A stretch of 49,997 nt of DNA from a virus. Taxonomy: Duplodnaviria; Heunggongvirae; Uroviricota; Caudoviricetes. The notes below the pieces were generated by a model, which saw only the letters and a list, made by a program, of their open reading frames with translations, did not search any database and was not told the origin of the DNA. The translations under genes were made by a program, and so were the position numbers. This document shows, in pieces, positions 1-9,220 of the stretch. The stretch covers positions 1 through 49,997 of IMG/VR virus record IMGVR_UViG_2737471863_000004; one strand, written 5' to 3'. The stretch's first letter is position 1; each line of letters starts with the position of its first letter.

Positions 1-228
1 ATGAGCTTATTGCCTCGGGAAAACGCACCCCAAAAAAGATATAGACTTCTGAGAATATCAGAAGTGATTAATTTGACTGGCTTACCCAAGTCAACAATTT
101 ATCTAAAGATAAAGAATGATGAATTTCCGAACCAAGTTTCTATCGGTTCTCGTTCTGTTGCATGGGTGGAGCATGAAGTTAATGAATGGATAGAGAAGAA
201 TATTCTCAATAGAAAATTAAACTCCTAA
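1..228 (+). CDS. alpA: AlpA/Vis-family prophage regulatory protein (HTH, excisionase-like)
   Basis: 75 aa; motif RLLRISEVINLTGLPKSTIYLKIKNDEFP...SVAWVEHEVNEWI is typical of AlpA/P4 Vis. Recognised from memory of the family. Confidence 0.85.
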   Translation: MSLLPRENAPQKRYRLLRISEVINLTGLPKSTIYLKIKNDEFPNQVSIGSRSVAWVEHEVNEWIEKNILNRKLNS

Positions 229-245
229 ATTGAGGTGGCAAATAT

Positions 246-1106
246 ATGGTTGACAATGTTTTTAAGAAGAAATTGGCATCAATTAAGAACGAACATGTGT
301 CGGTGTTAGATAGTTACAAAGTAAGATCATTTAAAGAGACTCATAGCGACACGGCCTGTATTGTGCGTATTATTGAAATATATTCACTGAATAAGCTGCG
401 AGCTAAAGGTGAAAAGCTGTATTCACTTACGGGGTTAACAGTACCTGATACGGAAACTGTGGCGAATGAGATCAACCTGCTCCTGAGCCGTTATGCCCAG
501 TTGTGTCGTCAGGAAGAGGAAGAGTTATCTTTCCGGCAGCGTGAAGTGACAAATGCGGAAGTTGCATGGAAAAGCACATTCTCAAAAAACGGCGTCAGTA
601 GCATTGCTGAAGCCAAAACGAATAAAATGGGGCATGCTGAACGAGCGGATGCTGAACGGTATTACCATCTGGCTGTTTCCCGGTTGAATGAACAACATAG
701 TCGATTGAGCACGATCAAGCTTTTGCCGGGAGTACTGGCCGATGAAGGAAACTACATTGGGAAGGGAATCGATAAGCGTTTACTGAATATATTTCCTCAA
801 TCCGGCCAGATCCCTGCTGATTTTATTTCTGTATTTAATGACAGTGACGTTGTCCGTGATATTAAATTTATTACTGATGCACTCAAGTCTTTATCTGATT
901 CCGTGAGTGAAATTATTAGTCGTTGTAGCGTTCCAACTGATCGTTATGTATTAAATAACGGTGGAATGGCAAGAGCTATGGCTTACAGGGAGTACTATCG
1001 AGCAGATAATTATGTATTACGTTCAGTCGTAAGTGACCGGGATTATGTTGAGCATGTAATGAAATACAATCTGGTTACTGAGTACAAAAATAAAATCTTT
1101 TCTTAA
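246..1106 (+). CDS. Hypothetical protein of the satellite left operon; possible capsid-assembly partner of the downstream gene (positional inference only)
   Basis: 286-aa ORF with an ATG start 18 bp after alpA, co-oriented, normal GC; no motif recognised. Confidence 0.55.
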   Translation: MVDNVFKKKLASIKNEHVSVLDSYKVRSFKETHSDTACIVRIIEIYSLNKLRAKGEKLYSLTGLTVPDTETVANEINLLLSRYAQLCRQEEEELSFRQREVTNAEVAWKSTFSKNGVSSIAEAKTNKMGHAERADAERYYHLAVSRLNEQHSRLSTIKLLPGVLADEGNYIGKGIDKRLLNIFPQSGQIPADFISVFNDSDVVRDIKFITDALKSLSDSVSEIISRCSVPTDRYVLNNGGMARAMAYREYYRADNYVLRSVVSDRDYVEHVMKYNLVTEYKNKIFS

Positions 1107-1128
1107 ATACTTAAAAAGGTGAAAAACT

Positions 1129-2133
1129 ATGTATGCCTTCAAAACTGAAAGGCCGGACGCAGCACGTCGTTATCATAATAAATTCGTCACTGGCACTAAC
1201 TATCAGGAAGAATCAAACAGACGCTTTGCATTAAGCGAACCTACTGAAAATATACTGCGTACCTCAATTCTGGAATCCGGGTGGCTTATTAAAAATATTA
1301 CCCTACGTGATGTTAACGCCGTGTCAGGTAATGCCGTCAATATTGGTGCCAGTGAACTGTATACCGGACGTGTGGATGGTGGCCGTTTCCACAAAAAAAT
1401 GGCAATCAATGGTACGGAGTTCTTTCTGACAGAGACGGATACCTGCGCCCGGATCAGCTATTCCGATATGTCTCATATTTACCATACCGGCGTGCCGGAT
1501 GAGTTTGAGAAAACGGTTGAGAGCTTTTTTGCCCAGGCATATGCGCTGGACATGCTGCGGGTCGGTTTCAATGGTGTGTCGATTGCAAATACTACAAACC
1601 CGGAAATCAATAAAAAAGGCGAGGATGTCAATATTGGCTGGCATGCACTGGCGAAAGCCTACGGGAACGGAAAGCAAATCATCTCTGAGCCTGTCACTCT
1701 GGGAGAGACTGGCACCTGGAAAAATATTGATGCTCTGGCCAACCATCTGATTACAGAGCTTATTGCTGAGCAGTTTCGTGAAGATCCTCGTCTGGTTGTA
1801 CTGGTTGGGGCAGAGCTGGCAGCACATCAACGCCTGAAGTTATTTAATGCCGCAGACCGCCCGTCTGATGTGAATGCGGCACAGATGGCTACAAGTTCTG
1901 TTGCTGGCCGCTTTGCGTTTATTCCCCCGTTTATGCCGGGTAAGCGTCTGGCAGTAACGACGCTGGATAATCTGCATATTTACACTCAGGCGATAACACG
2001 CTGGTTTCGTGCTGAGTTTGATGATGAAAGCAGTGAATACGTGCATTCCTACCTGCGCAATGAAGGTTATGCACTCGGTGAACCTGAACTGTACGCGGCT
2101 GTCGATGAGAGCGCCCTGACGTTTGCGGATTGA
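1129..2133 (+). CDS. Probable P2 GpN-family major capsid protein homologue
   Basis: 334 aa; blocks GFNGV, NIGW, EDPRLVVLVGAEL and TTLDNLHIY align with my recollection of P2 GpN (GFNGV, VGW, EDPDLVVIVG, ENLSIY). Recalled, not searched. Confidence 0.5.
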   Translation: MYAFKTERPDAARRYHNKFVTGTNYQEESNRRFALSEPTENILRTSILESGWLIKNITLRDVNAVSGNAVNIGASELYTGRVDGGRFHKKMAINGTEFFLTETDTCARISYSDMSHIYHTGVPDEFEKTVESFFAQAYALDMLRVGFNGVSIANTTNPEINKKGEDVNIGWHALAKAYGNGKQIISEPVTLGETGTWKNIDALANHLITELIAEQFREDPRLVVLVGAELAAHQRLKLFNAADRPSDVNAAQMATSSVAGRFAFIPPFMPGKRLAVTTLDNLHIYTQAITRWFRAEFDDESSEYVHSYLRNEGYALGEPELYAAVDESALTFAD

Positions 2134-2146
2134 CTTAGCGACAGAA

Positions 2147-2175
2147 AGACCCGCTCAGAGGCGGGTCTCGTTTAC
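2147..2175 (+). terminator. Possible intrinsic terminator after the capsid-like gene
   Basis: GC hairpin AGACCCGC-loop-GCGGGTCT followed by a weak T stretch (CGTTTAC). Confidence 0.35.
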
Positions 2176-2324
2176 AGCATCAGGAAAAATGAAGAACTAT
2201 TTTTAAGCAGAGGCTTAAGCATGCCAGCGTTAATTAATCCAGGCAATGATCAGTTTTCGGTTATAAATTTCTTGCCTCACCAGGAATGCGCGGGATATAG
2301 TTTAAAGGTTGCCGCAAAATCGGC

Positions 2325-2600
2325 AGCCGGGCGTAGGAACCCGTGTTATCTGAAGGCGATACTACACGCGCCAGGCGTGTTTTTTTGTGTCGCAGCTTTG
2401 ACTCACCTAAAATTTATGGTGTGGTGGCTGATTGTATTTTTTTATTTTTTACGCCACATCATCAGAATTATGGTAGTCCAGGCGGGGCAGCTTTCGGGCT
2501 GGCCGGTATCCTTCAGAGCCGGTATTCCTACCCCCGTCTGGGCTACCACCCATGAGCGTAGGAACTCCGGTGGTAGCGTTACCCGCTATCTGAAGGAGGT
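2325..2600 (+). promoter_or_regulatory. P4-type immunity region: two direct repeats (seqA/seqC-like) flanking a complementary segment (seqB/CI-RNA-like)
   Basis: GCGTAGGAAC...TATCTGAAGG occurs at about 2331..2356 and 2557..2596. Between them, about 2510..2530 (CCTTCAGA...TTCCTAC) is the reverse complement of both halves. A hairpin plus T7 run at about 2369..2387 follows the first repeat. Confidence 0.45.
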
Positions 2601-2607
2601 TGCCATT

Positions 2608-2811
2608 ATGGCTACAGTCCCTGCTTTATCTCACCCTGAATTTACCTTTGTCTTTCTGGCTGTCCGCCGTACAGACCGTGATGCCCGTCCACGCCCTGTG
2701 CGTGTAATCGCAGAATGCGAGCATGCTGCACGCCTTAAACTTGCCACTGAATTTATCCTGAGCTTTGCTGCCCGTATCCCTGTGAAAAGAGCCGGGGAGG
2801 TGGTTGCATGA
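2608..2811 (+). CDS. Small hypothetical protein, 67 aa
   Basis: ATG at 2608 preceded by strong SD AAGGAGG; the SD lies inside the second immunity repeat. The start is internal to a longer track ORF that I reject. Confidence 0.4.
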   Translation: MATVPALSHPEFTFVFLAVRRTDRDARPRPVRVIAECEHAARLKLATEFILSFAARIPVKRAGEVVA

Positions 2812-3044
2812 AATCCATGAATTTTAAGCAAGGCTGCATATTGAGTGAACAGGGGGAGAGTCGTCTGTTACGGGCGGCACTGGCCAGTGAGTTTCTTGCA
2901 GAGGTCTTGTCCGTGCCCACAGTGAATGGAGCGAGAACTGTTTCAGCGGAAGGCGCTGCGGCTTTAGTGGCCTGTATTGCCGAACAACTGGATGGCGTTG
3001 TTAAGGAAACCAGCACAATTAAGGGAGTGATGCGCGATGAATAA
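2808..3044 (+). CDS. Hypothetical protein, 78 aa, upstream of the primase (position analogous to P4 epsilon)
   Basis: ORF with overlapping stop/start coupling to neighbours in the same operon. Confidence 0.45.
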   Translation: MKSMNFKQGCILSEQGESRLLRAALASEFLAEVLSVPTVNGARTVSAEGAAALVACIAEQLDGVVKETSTIKGVMRDE

Positions 3045-3447
3045 TAATCAAAATTTAAAGGCGCATGCTTTACGAACAGCAGTCTTACGCTACTACATTG
3101 CTGATGCATTCATTTCCTTAATGGTGCGTGTTCATAATGAACCTGTTTATATTGAAGATGGCGAACGAATAGAACTCTCCCACGAAAAAGTGGTGAGTAA
3201 TATTATTTACCATATTGAAATGCCGTGGGTGAATGAGTTTGGGGCTGATGCTGGTTGCATACTGGCCGCAGAGAAACTGGAAAAAATGCTTAAACCAGGC
3301 TTTATGTCAGAAAATATTCGCCTGTCAGTTTTTGGTGTCACAGAGATGCGTGAGGTTTACCGGGATATTATTTTCGGAGCACCTGATGGCGAACTACCCG
3401 AAGGTTTTGAATTTGTGAAGCCGGAAGGTCAGGAGGTGCTGCTGTGA
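3037..3447 (+). CDS. Hypothetical protein, 136 aa
   Basis: ORF whose stop overlaps the primase start (operon coupling). Confidence 0.5.
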   Translation: MNNNQNLKAHALRTAVLRYYIADAFISLMVRVHNEPVYIEDGERIELSHEKVVSNIIYHIEMPWVNEFGADAGCILAAEKLEKMLKPGFMSENIRLSVFGVTEMREVYRDIIFGAPDGELPEGFEFVKPEGQEVLL

Positions 3448-6131
3448 AAACACCGTCTGTATCCACGATTTCCGGAGCTGCAATTGGGCGCTGGCCTTAT
3501 ATCCTGTCAGCATTAGGTATTAAAGTACCGTCCGCAGGACATCATGGGGCTTGCCCTGCCTGTGGTGGAAAAGATCGTTTTCGACTGGACGATAAAGCGG
3601 GGCGAGGGACGTGGTTTTGTAATCAGTGCGGTCATGGCGATGGTCTTGATCTGGTTCGTCTGGTGACAGGAAGAAAGATAAAAGAAGTCGCCGGGATGGT
3701 ATCTGAGGCGCTTGCATTACCAGAAATACAGGAGAAGCCCGCATTGCCAGCCAGGAAAAAGGCCGCAGGAAAAGAAGCGGGCGCGGAGCGATATACCAGA
3801 CTCAGACAGCAGTCCTGCAATGGTGAGCCGGTCTATCTGACAAATAAGGGCTTACACGGGTATTCACTTCCCTTGCTGTCACAGCCTTTGAATCTGGCCG
3901 GAATAACATTTTCCACCGGTTCATTACTGCTGCCTTTGACGGATATTTCCGGGAATATTACTGGTGGCCAGCTTATCAATCCTGACGGGGATAAAAGTCT
4001 GCTGCCCGGTAGCCAGCTGTCTGGCGCATTCATTGCCCTGACCGATATACCCGCTGAAACACCTGAACAGGTGATTATCACTGAGGGTTTTGCCACGGCG
4101 CTTACCGTCAGTCTGCTGACTGAAGGATGGATCGTGGCGGCTGTCGCTGCCACCAATTTACTGAAGGTGACGGAGCAGATCCGAAAACGCTGGCCGGAAA
4201 CTCGGATCATTCTGGCCGGAGATAATGATCTGGCTGACGGCAAAGAAAACACCGGGCGTATTCAGGCAGAGAAAGCCGCCAAAGCGGTGGATGGCTGGGT
4301 AACGCTCCCTCCGGTACGCCATAAGGCTGACTGGGATGATTATCGGCAGGAAGTGGGGAAAGAACGGGCGAGAGATGCCTTTCGTGAAGAAATGACGCTG
4401 CATGGCAAAGGGCAGACCCGTTTACCAGAAGGGTTCCGGCTGACAAAAGAATATTTGTGGTACGACAAGCTGGTTAATAAGTCTGATGGTGATACAGAGA
4501 TACGTAATATCAAAATTTGCAGTCCGTTGCGGGTGACGGCAATCACCAGTGATGCTGATGGAAGTAATTACGGGCGTTTGCTGGAATGGGAAGATACCAA
4601 CGGAAACAGCCGTAAATGGGCAATGCCGATGGAGATGCTGGGCGGTAGCGGGGAAGAACTGCGCCGCGTTCTGCTGGTTAACGGGCTTTCTTACATCAAC
4701 ATTAATGGCATGGCCAGAGCATTCCTGATGGAATATATCTCGCTGTGTAAACCGGACAGAAAAGTAACCTGTGTGAATAAAACTGGCTGGCACGGCGGGG
4801 TTTACGTTCTCCAGGATGAAGTGATAGGGCGCGAAGCCCAGTCAGTCATCTTACAAACATCGAGTGTGCAGGGGCGTGATTTTCGTGTCAGCGGCACATC
4901 AGAGGGCTGGCGTGAAAATATAGGCCGTTATTGCATAAAGAATGCCCGTCTTGCCTTTGCGGTGAGTCTGGCATTTGCTGCCCCCCTTCTGAAACTGGTT
5001 GGTATCGGCGGTGGAGGTTATCACCTCAAAGGGGAATCCACAGACGGTAAAACCACGACGATGAAAGTGGCTGCATCAGTATGTGGTGGAACAGATTTCT
5101 GGCATACGTGGCGGGCGACGGGGAATGCCTTAGAAGGAACGGCGAGCCGCCGCAATGATGCCACGCTGATGCTGGATGAAATCCGGGAGGTTGACGGCAG
5201 GGAGGCGGGGAATATCGCTTATATGCTGGCTAACGGGCAGGGCAAAGCCAGAGCCAGAACAGATGGTTCGGTAAGGGAAACCAACCGCTGGAATCTGTTG
5301 TTTCTGTCTACCGGGGAACTGTCACTGGTAGAGCATGCGGCAAGCGCCGGGGAACGTACGTATGCCGGGGTTGAGGTCAGAATGATCCAGATCCCAAGCG
5401 ATTCGGGCAAGTATGGCGTGTTTGAAGAACTTCATGGCTTCAGTAGCGGGAAAACCCTGGCTGAGCATCTTGAGCAGCACGTAGCGCATTATCATGGTGC
5501 ACCATTCCGCGACTGGCTGTATTGCCTGACCGCTGATCTGCCGGAACTGACCAGTCAGGCGAAAGCCTTATTGAAAGAGTATACCCGAAGGCTGACGCCG
5601 GAAAATGCCGGGAATCAGGTTGGCCGGGCTGTTACCCGTTTTGCTCTGGTTGCGATGGCCGGGGAGCTGGCCACAAAAGCGGGCATCACAGGATGGCCGG
5701 AGGGAGAGGCCTTTCGTGCCGCTCAAAGCTGTCTGGCTGCATGGATGGCTGACCGGGGCCATACAGCTAATCAGGAAGATAAAGCGGCACTTGAACAGGT
5801 TCGGGACTTCATGACGCGTAATCAGTTCAGTCGGTTTGCTGACTGGAATGACGACAGGAACCGGCCTGTTTCAATGATGGGATTCAGAAAAGTCGATAAA
5901 GGAGACAACGTGACAGAGCCGGTTGTGACGTTCTACGTTCTCCCGTCAGGCTGGAAGGAGATCTGTAAGGGATTTGACTCGCGTAAGGTGGCCAGGTTGT
6001 GTGTGGACGCGGGCTGGCTGAAACCCGGTGAAGATGGCCGGACGCAAAACAGCATTCGCCTGCCAGAAATAGGGCTTAAACGTGTGTACCAGTTCAATAC
6101 ACAGGTACTGGGAAGCGCTGAACCTGAGTGA
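3444..6131 (+). CDS. P4 alpha-type primase-helicase
   Basis: 895 aa; N-terminal Cys/His zinc-ribbon (CPACGG...CNQCGH) and Walker A GESTDGKTT. Family recognised from memory. Confidence 0.85.
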   Translation: MKTPSVSTISGAAIGRWPYILSALGIKVPSAGHHGACPACGGKDRFRLDDKAGRGTWFCNQCGHGDGLDLVRLVTGRKIKEVAGMVSEALALPEIQEKPALPARKKAAGKEAGAERYTRLRQQSCNGEPVYLTNKGLHGYSLPLLSQPLNLAGITFSTGSLLLPLTDISGNITGGQLINPDGDKSLLPGSQLSGAFIALTDIPAETPEQVIITEGFATALTVSLLTEGWIVAAVAATNLLKVTEQIRKRWPETRIILAGDNDLADGKENTGRIQAEKAAKAVDGWVTLPPVRHKADWDDYRQEVGKERARDAFREEMTLHGKGQTRLPEGFRLTKEYLWYDKLVNKSDGDTEIRNIKICSPLRVTAITSDADGSNYGRLLEWEDTNGNSRKWAMPMEMLGGSGEELRRVLLVNGLSYININGMARAFLMEYISLCKPDRKVTCVNKTGWHGGVYVLQDEVIGREAQSVILQTSSVQGRDFRVSGTSEGWRENIGRYCIKNARLAFAVSLAFAAPLLKLVGIGGGGYHLKGESTDGKTTTMKVAASVCGGTDFWHTWRATGNALEGTASRRNDATLMLDEIREVDGREAGNIAYMLANGQGKARARTDGSVRETNRWNLLFLSTGELSLVEHAASAGERTYAGVEVRMIQIPSDSGKYGVFEELHGFSSGKTLAEHLEQHVAHYHGAPFRDWLYCLTADLPELTSQAKALLKEYTRRLTPENAGNQVGRAVTRFALVAMAGELATKAGITGWPEGEAFRAAQSCLAAWMADRGHTANQEDKAALEQVRDFMTRNQFSRFADWNDDRNRPVSMMGFRKVDKGDNVTEPVVTFYVLPSGWKEICKGFDSRKVARLCVDAGWLKPGEDGRTQNSIRLPEIGLKRVYQFNTQVLGSAEPE

Positions 6132-6157
6132 TTATCGCGTGAGTCTTATTTTTATGA

Positions 6158-6350
6158 GGTAACACTGGTAACAGAGGTAACACCCGTTACTGATGCGGTT
6201 CTTCAGTGTTACCAGTCAAAAATACTGACTGGTAACAGAGGTAACAAAAAATGGTGTGTTACCACGCGTTACCTCTTGATTTTGCTAACTGGTAACAGAT
6301 TAAATCCTTTTAAATCAATAGCGTTACACGTGTTACCAGTGTTACACGTT
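6158..6350. repeat. Iteron array (putative ori/crr-like primase binding sites)
   Basis: At least nine copies of GGTAACA / TGTTACC in both orientations within about 200 bp just after the primase gene; resembles P4 type I iterons (TGTTCACC). Confidence 0.55.
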
Positions 6351-6413
6351 CAGAACAAGAGGTAGGGATCCAAATCCCTTCTTCTGGCGGGCAACAGTAT
6401 AGGGCACAGAACG

Positions 6414-6686
6414 ATGAAGATGATGAGAATGTACTGCCCCACATGTCAGGCAGTAGCACGGATAGGTAAAACAAACAGGAAACACCCACAACTGTACGAT
6501 GTGTACTGCTATTGCTCTAATGTGGAGTGCGGTCACTCGTTTGTGATGAATGTTGCTTTCTCCCATTCCGTTAGTCCAAGCGCGCTGAACGGGCAGGGAA
6601 GGGTTAAAGAGCTGATTGATGCAATTCCACCCGAGGAACGGGAAAAGGCTTTAAAGTTGCTGCTGGCTGCGCAAAAGAATGGGTAA
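6414..6686 (+). CDS. Ogr/Delta-family zinc-finger late-gene activator
   Basis: Motif MYCPTCQ...CYCSNVECGH matches the CxxC...CxxxxC Ogr/Delta pattern; the true start may be one of the internal Met codons. Confidence 0.75.
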   Translation: MKMMRMYCPTCQAVARIGKTNRKHPQLYDVYCYCSNVECGHSFVMNVAFSHSVSPSALNGQGRVKELIDAIPPEEREKALKLLLAAQKNG

Positions 6687-7366
6687 AGTATGCGTCGGGA
6701 ATGGCCGATCTGTTCCCGGAACCTGAACACAGGATTTCAGTTTATACGGTCATAAAATTATTATTTTTCAACTGGTTATCTTCTTCATGTTTCACAAACC
6801 TTCATAAAATCACACACCTAAAATTAATTATCCATTTAATATCATAGAGTTGCGTATTCAGGCCATAGATTCGACGGACAGTAAAACTGAAAAAAAATGA
6901 ATTTCTTTTCATTCTTTTCAGTTCCTGTATCGCAGTACATCTCGAGGACTGGCACGGACTGGCGGTATCGTTTGTAAAAAATCCAGGCTGAAAATTTTTA
7001 GTGATATGAAAACCGCAGGCGGGTGCGGTGTAGTGCCGTTTTGGTCTGTCGAGCGTATATTTTCCCTTTTTCACGATTGCTGCATATCAAAACGAATGTG
7101 CAGATATCAGGCCGTGTCAAACCGTGAATCGTGGAGCCTAAATGCCCAAACTACGTTTGTAGACCTAGCTAGGGGAAGGTTTCCACATATACTGCTACCT
7201 ATCTTCCAGTCGCTGGTGAGGATCAAGGTAAGCTAACTGGTGAACAAGAAAAGTACTTTCGTATCTTGCGTACTCGTTTTTTTTGATTAGTATGTACAGG
7301 TAGTAACTGGATGGTGAGAATTCGTCATAACTTATCAAATTGCATGATGTTTATAGAGTATGAGTA

Positions 7367-8248
7367 ATGAGTCATAATAAAAAGGAATATGCTAAATTTT
7401 TCCGTCGCCCCATTTTTTCATCCTTAGCAAAAGGTAAGGATATTTCGGATTTATTTGGGAGTTTTGATTCTTACTGCTATGAAACACTGTTTTCAAACAA
7501 TGATAATAATGAACATGAGATTTCACTAAGGGATTTATTTACATCATTATATGATTTTTTGCGTCTGAATTATAGAAATGAATATGTTTATAAGACAGCA
7601 CTTGTCAATAAAATAATATTCGGTAAGCACAGCCCAAAAACAAGTTCGTCGTCCATAGAGTTACCAATTAAAAACTCTATAGTGGATGTTGCGGTGTTTA
7701 ATGGTACGTCTACAGCTTACGAGATTAAGACAGAGTATGATTCACCAAAAAGGTTGATTACTCAAGCCCCTGATTATTTGGATGTTTTTGATAAAGTGTA
7801 TATAGTTACACATCCAGAGTATGCAAGTAAATATTGTGCTTTAAATCTCCCCAGAGTGGGAGTTATGGTTTTGAATAAAAAAGATCAATTGAGTGTCATT
7901 AAGGAGGCAGATTCAAATATTGATTATATTAAAAGTGACAGCTTGTTTTCAGTTCTTAGAAAGGAAGAGTTCTTAGCTATAATAGAAGATTACACTTCAA
8001 CTAAAATAAATATGCCTAATGGATTGGTTTATGAATATTGTAAAGAGATATTCATGCAGATGCCATTAAACATAGCAAATAAATACTTTATCTCTGCTAT
8101 GAAAAAAAGATGTAACGACAAAGTTTTTTTGGATTATATTTATTCTCTTCCAGCATGTTTACGTGTTTTAGGTTATGCAACACCATTATCAAGAAAGCAA
8201 AAAGAATTCATCATGAATTTGATGGATGTAAAAATTAAAATTTGTTGA
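7367..8248 (+). CDS. Cargo protein A, 293 aa, with a putative PD-(D/E)xK nuclease-like core
   Basis: Very AT-rich codon usage versus flanks. Motif IVDVAVFNGTSTAYEIKTE (D107, E119, K121) fits the restriction-endonuclease-like pattern. No signal peptide or TM segment seen. Confidence 0.7.
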   Translation: MSHNKKEYAKFFRRPIFSSLAKGKDISDLFGSFDSYCYETLFSNNDNNEHEISLRDLFTSLYDFLRLNYRNEYVYKTALVNKIIFGKHSPKTSSSSIELPIKNSIVDVAVFNGTSTAYEIKTEYDSPKRLITQAPDYLDVFDKVYIVTHPEYASKYCALNLPRVGVMVLNKKDQLSVIKEADSNIDYIKSDSLFSVLRKEEFLAIIEDYTSTKINMPNGLVYEYCKEIFMQMPLNIANKYFISAMKKRCNDKVFLDYIYSLPACLRVLGYATPLSRKQKEFIMNLMDVKIKIC

Positions 8249-8269
8249 TATCCTCAGGAGTTGTAAGTT

Positions 8270-9220
8270 ATGTATAGCCCATATTTGTATGCGAGAAGTA
8301 CAGAGTTATTATGCCTTAGGGACCTCGTTGCGAAGGGAGTTAGCCTAAATGGTCTGCTACCAATTTTAGAACCAATTAACGTCAATACGAGAAATTTATT
8401 AACATGTTTAAATGTTTGGAATTCTGACATAATTGTTATCCTTAATCCTTATCAGGAAGATTTTTCTTCACACAATAACGTCTTAACTTTAAATCAAAAT
8501 TTATCAAGTGTATTAACAAATAAAAACAATATCATCTCTGGATATCTTATTCAGCCCAATACAACGATTAATGATATTAATAATTGGTTGAATGCTAACT
8601 TAAATAGACGAGTTGCACTTCTATATGATAATCCATCATTATCCAACTCTGATATTCAGTTGTTGGCGACAAATCAATTGATTAGTTATCATGTTGTTTT
8701 AAATAATAAAATGCTTCCTAATCAGTGCGCTCTTCTTCCTTTGTCGAAGTTAATTATTATTAGCGATAACTTTAGAAAGTTAGCAAAAAATGCTGATTAT
8801 AATGGGCCGGAACTTTTCACGCACGCACATCAATTCGTGGGACAAAATTACTTAGGATTTGGCGATTATACAATTACTGGCCAGGTACTAGATCTTGGAG
8901 GTGGTCAACCTTCTGCTGTTGCCGCACATTTGGTGTTCAAGAATTTACAAGCGAATACAGTTTGGATTCGTCATTTTGTATCAAGCAACACGCAACGAGG
9001 AAGTTCAAATGTTACTGCAAAATTTTTAGATGTTTCAGATCAAATTACAAATCTTGTTCCCCAACATCCAACCCAGTTTGGCAGCAACATTGGTCTTAAC
9101 TATTATTATTACAATAGTCAACCAACTGTAAGGCATTTCCCTGGGTTGCCAAAAAACAAACAGTATCAAATTACTCACCATATTTGTTTCATGCTGGATT
9201 TAATAGCAGGTCGTATTTAA
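8270..9220 (+). CDS. Cargo protein B, 316 aa, function unknown
   Basis: AGGAG RBS 11 nt upstream; 21 bp after cargo A, so likely an operon. AT-rich; no motif recognised. Its 3' end overlaps the integrase 3' end by 21 bp, convergently. Confidence 0.7.
   Translation: MYSPYLYARSTELLCLRDLVAKGVSLNGLLPILEPINVNTRNLLTCLNVWNSDIIVILNPYQEDFSSHNNVLTLNQNLSSVLTNKNNIISGYLIQPNTTINDINNWLNANLNRRVALLYDNPSLSNSDIQLLATNQLISYHVVLNNKMLPNQCALLPLSKLIIISDNFRKLAKNADYNGPELFTHAHQFVGQNYLGFGDYTITGQVLDLGGGQPSAVAAHLVFKNLQANTVWIRHFVSSNTQRGSSNVTAKFLDVSDQITNLVPQHPTQFGSNIGLNYYYYNSQPTVRHFPGLPKNKQYQITHHICFMLDLIAGRI

Noticed and set aside
2221-2811. 196-aa track ORF spanning the repeat-rich interval
   Set aside because: It runs through the paired repeats, a terminator-like hairpin and a strong internal SD/ATG at 2608; better explained as a regulatory RNA region plus a short downstream ORF.
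6158-6350. Possible CRISPR array
   Set aside because: Repeats are 7-bp iterons in both orientations with irregular spacing and no spacer-repeat periodicity; no CRISPR array is present in the window.
6802-7236. ORFs 6802..7074 (-) and 7006..7236 (+) in the AT-rich leader of the cargo
   Set aside because: Low-complexity AT-rich sequence with no RBS support and mutual overlap; more likely promoter/leader DNA.
7367-9220. Cargo as an O-antigen conversion (gtr/oac-like) locus
   Set aside because: Neither protein has the multiple TM segments or glycosyl/acyl-transferase features expected of conversion enzymes; a nuclease-like motif is present instead.
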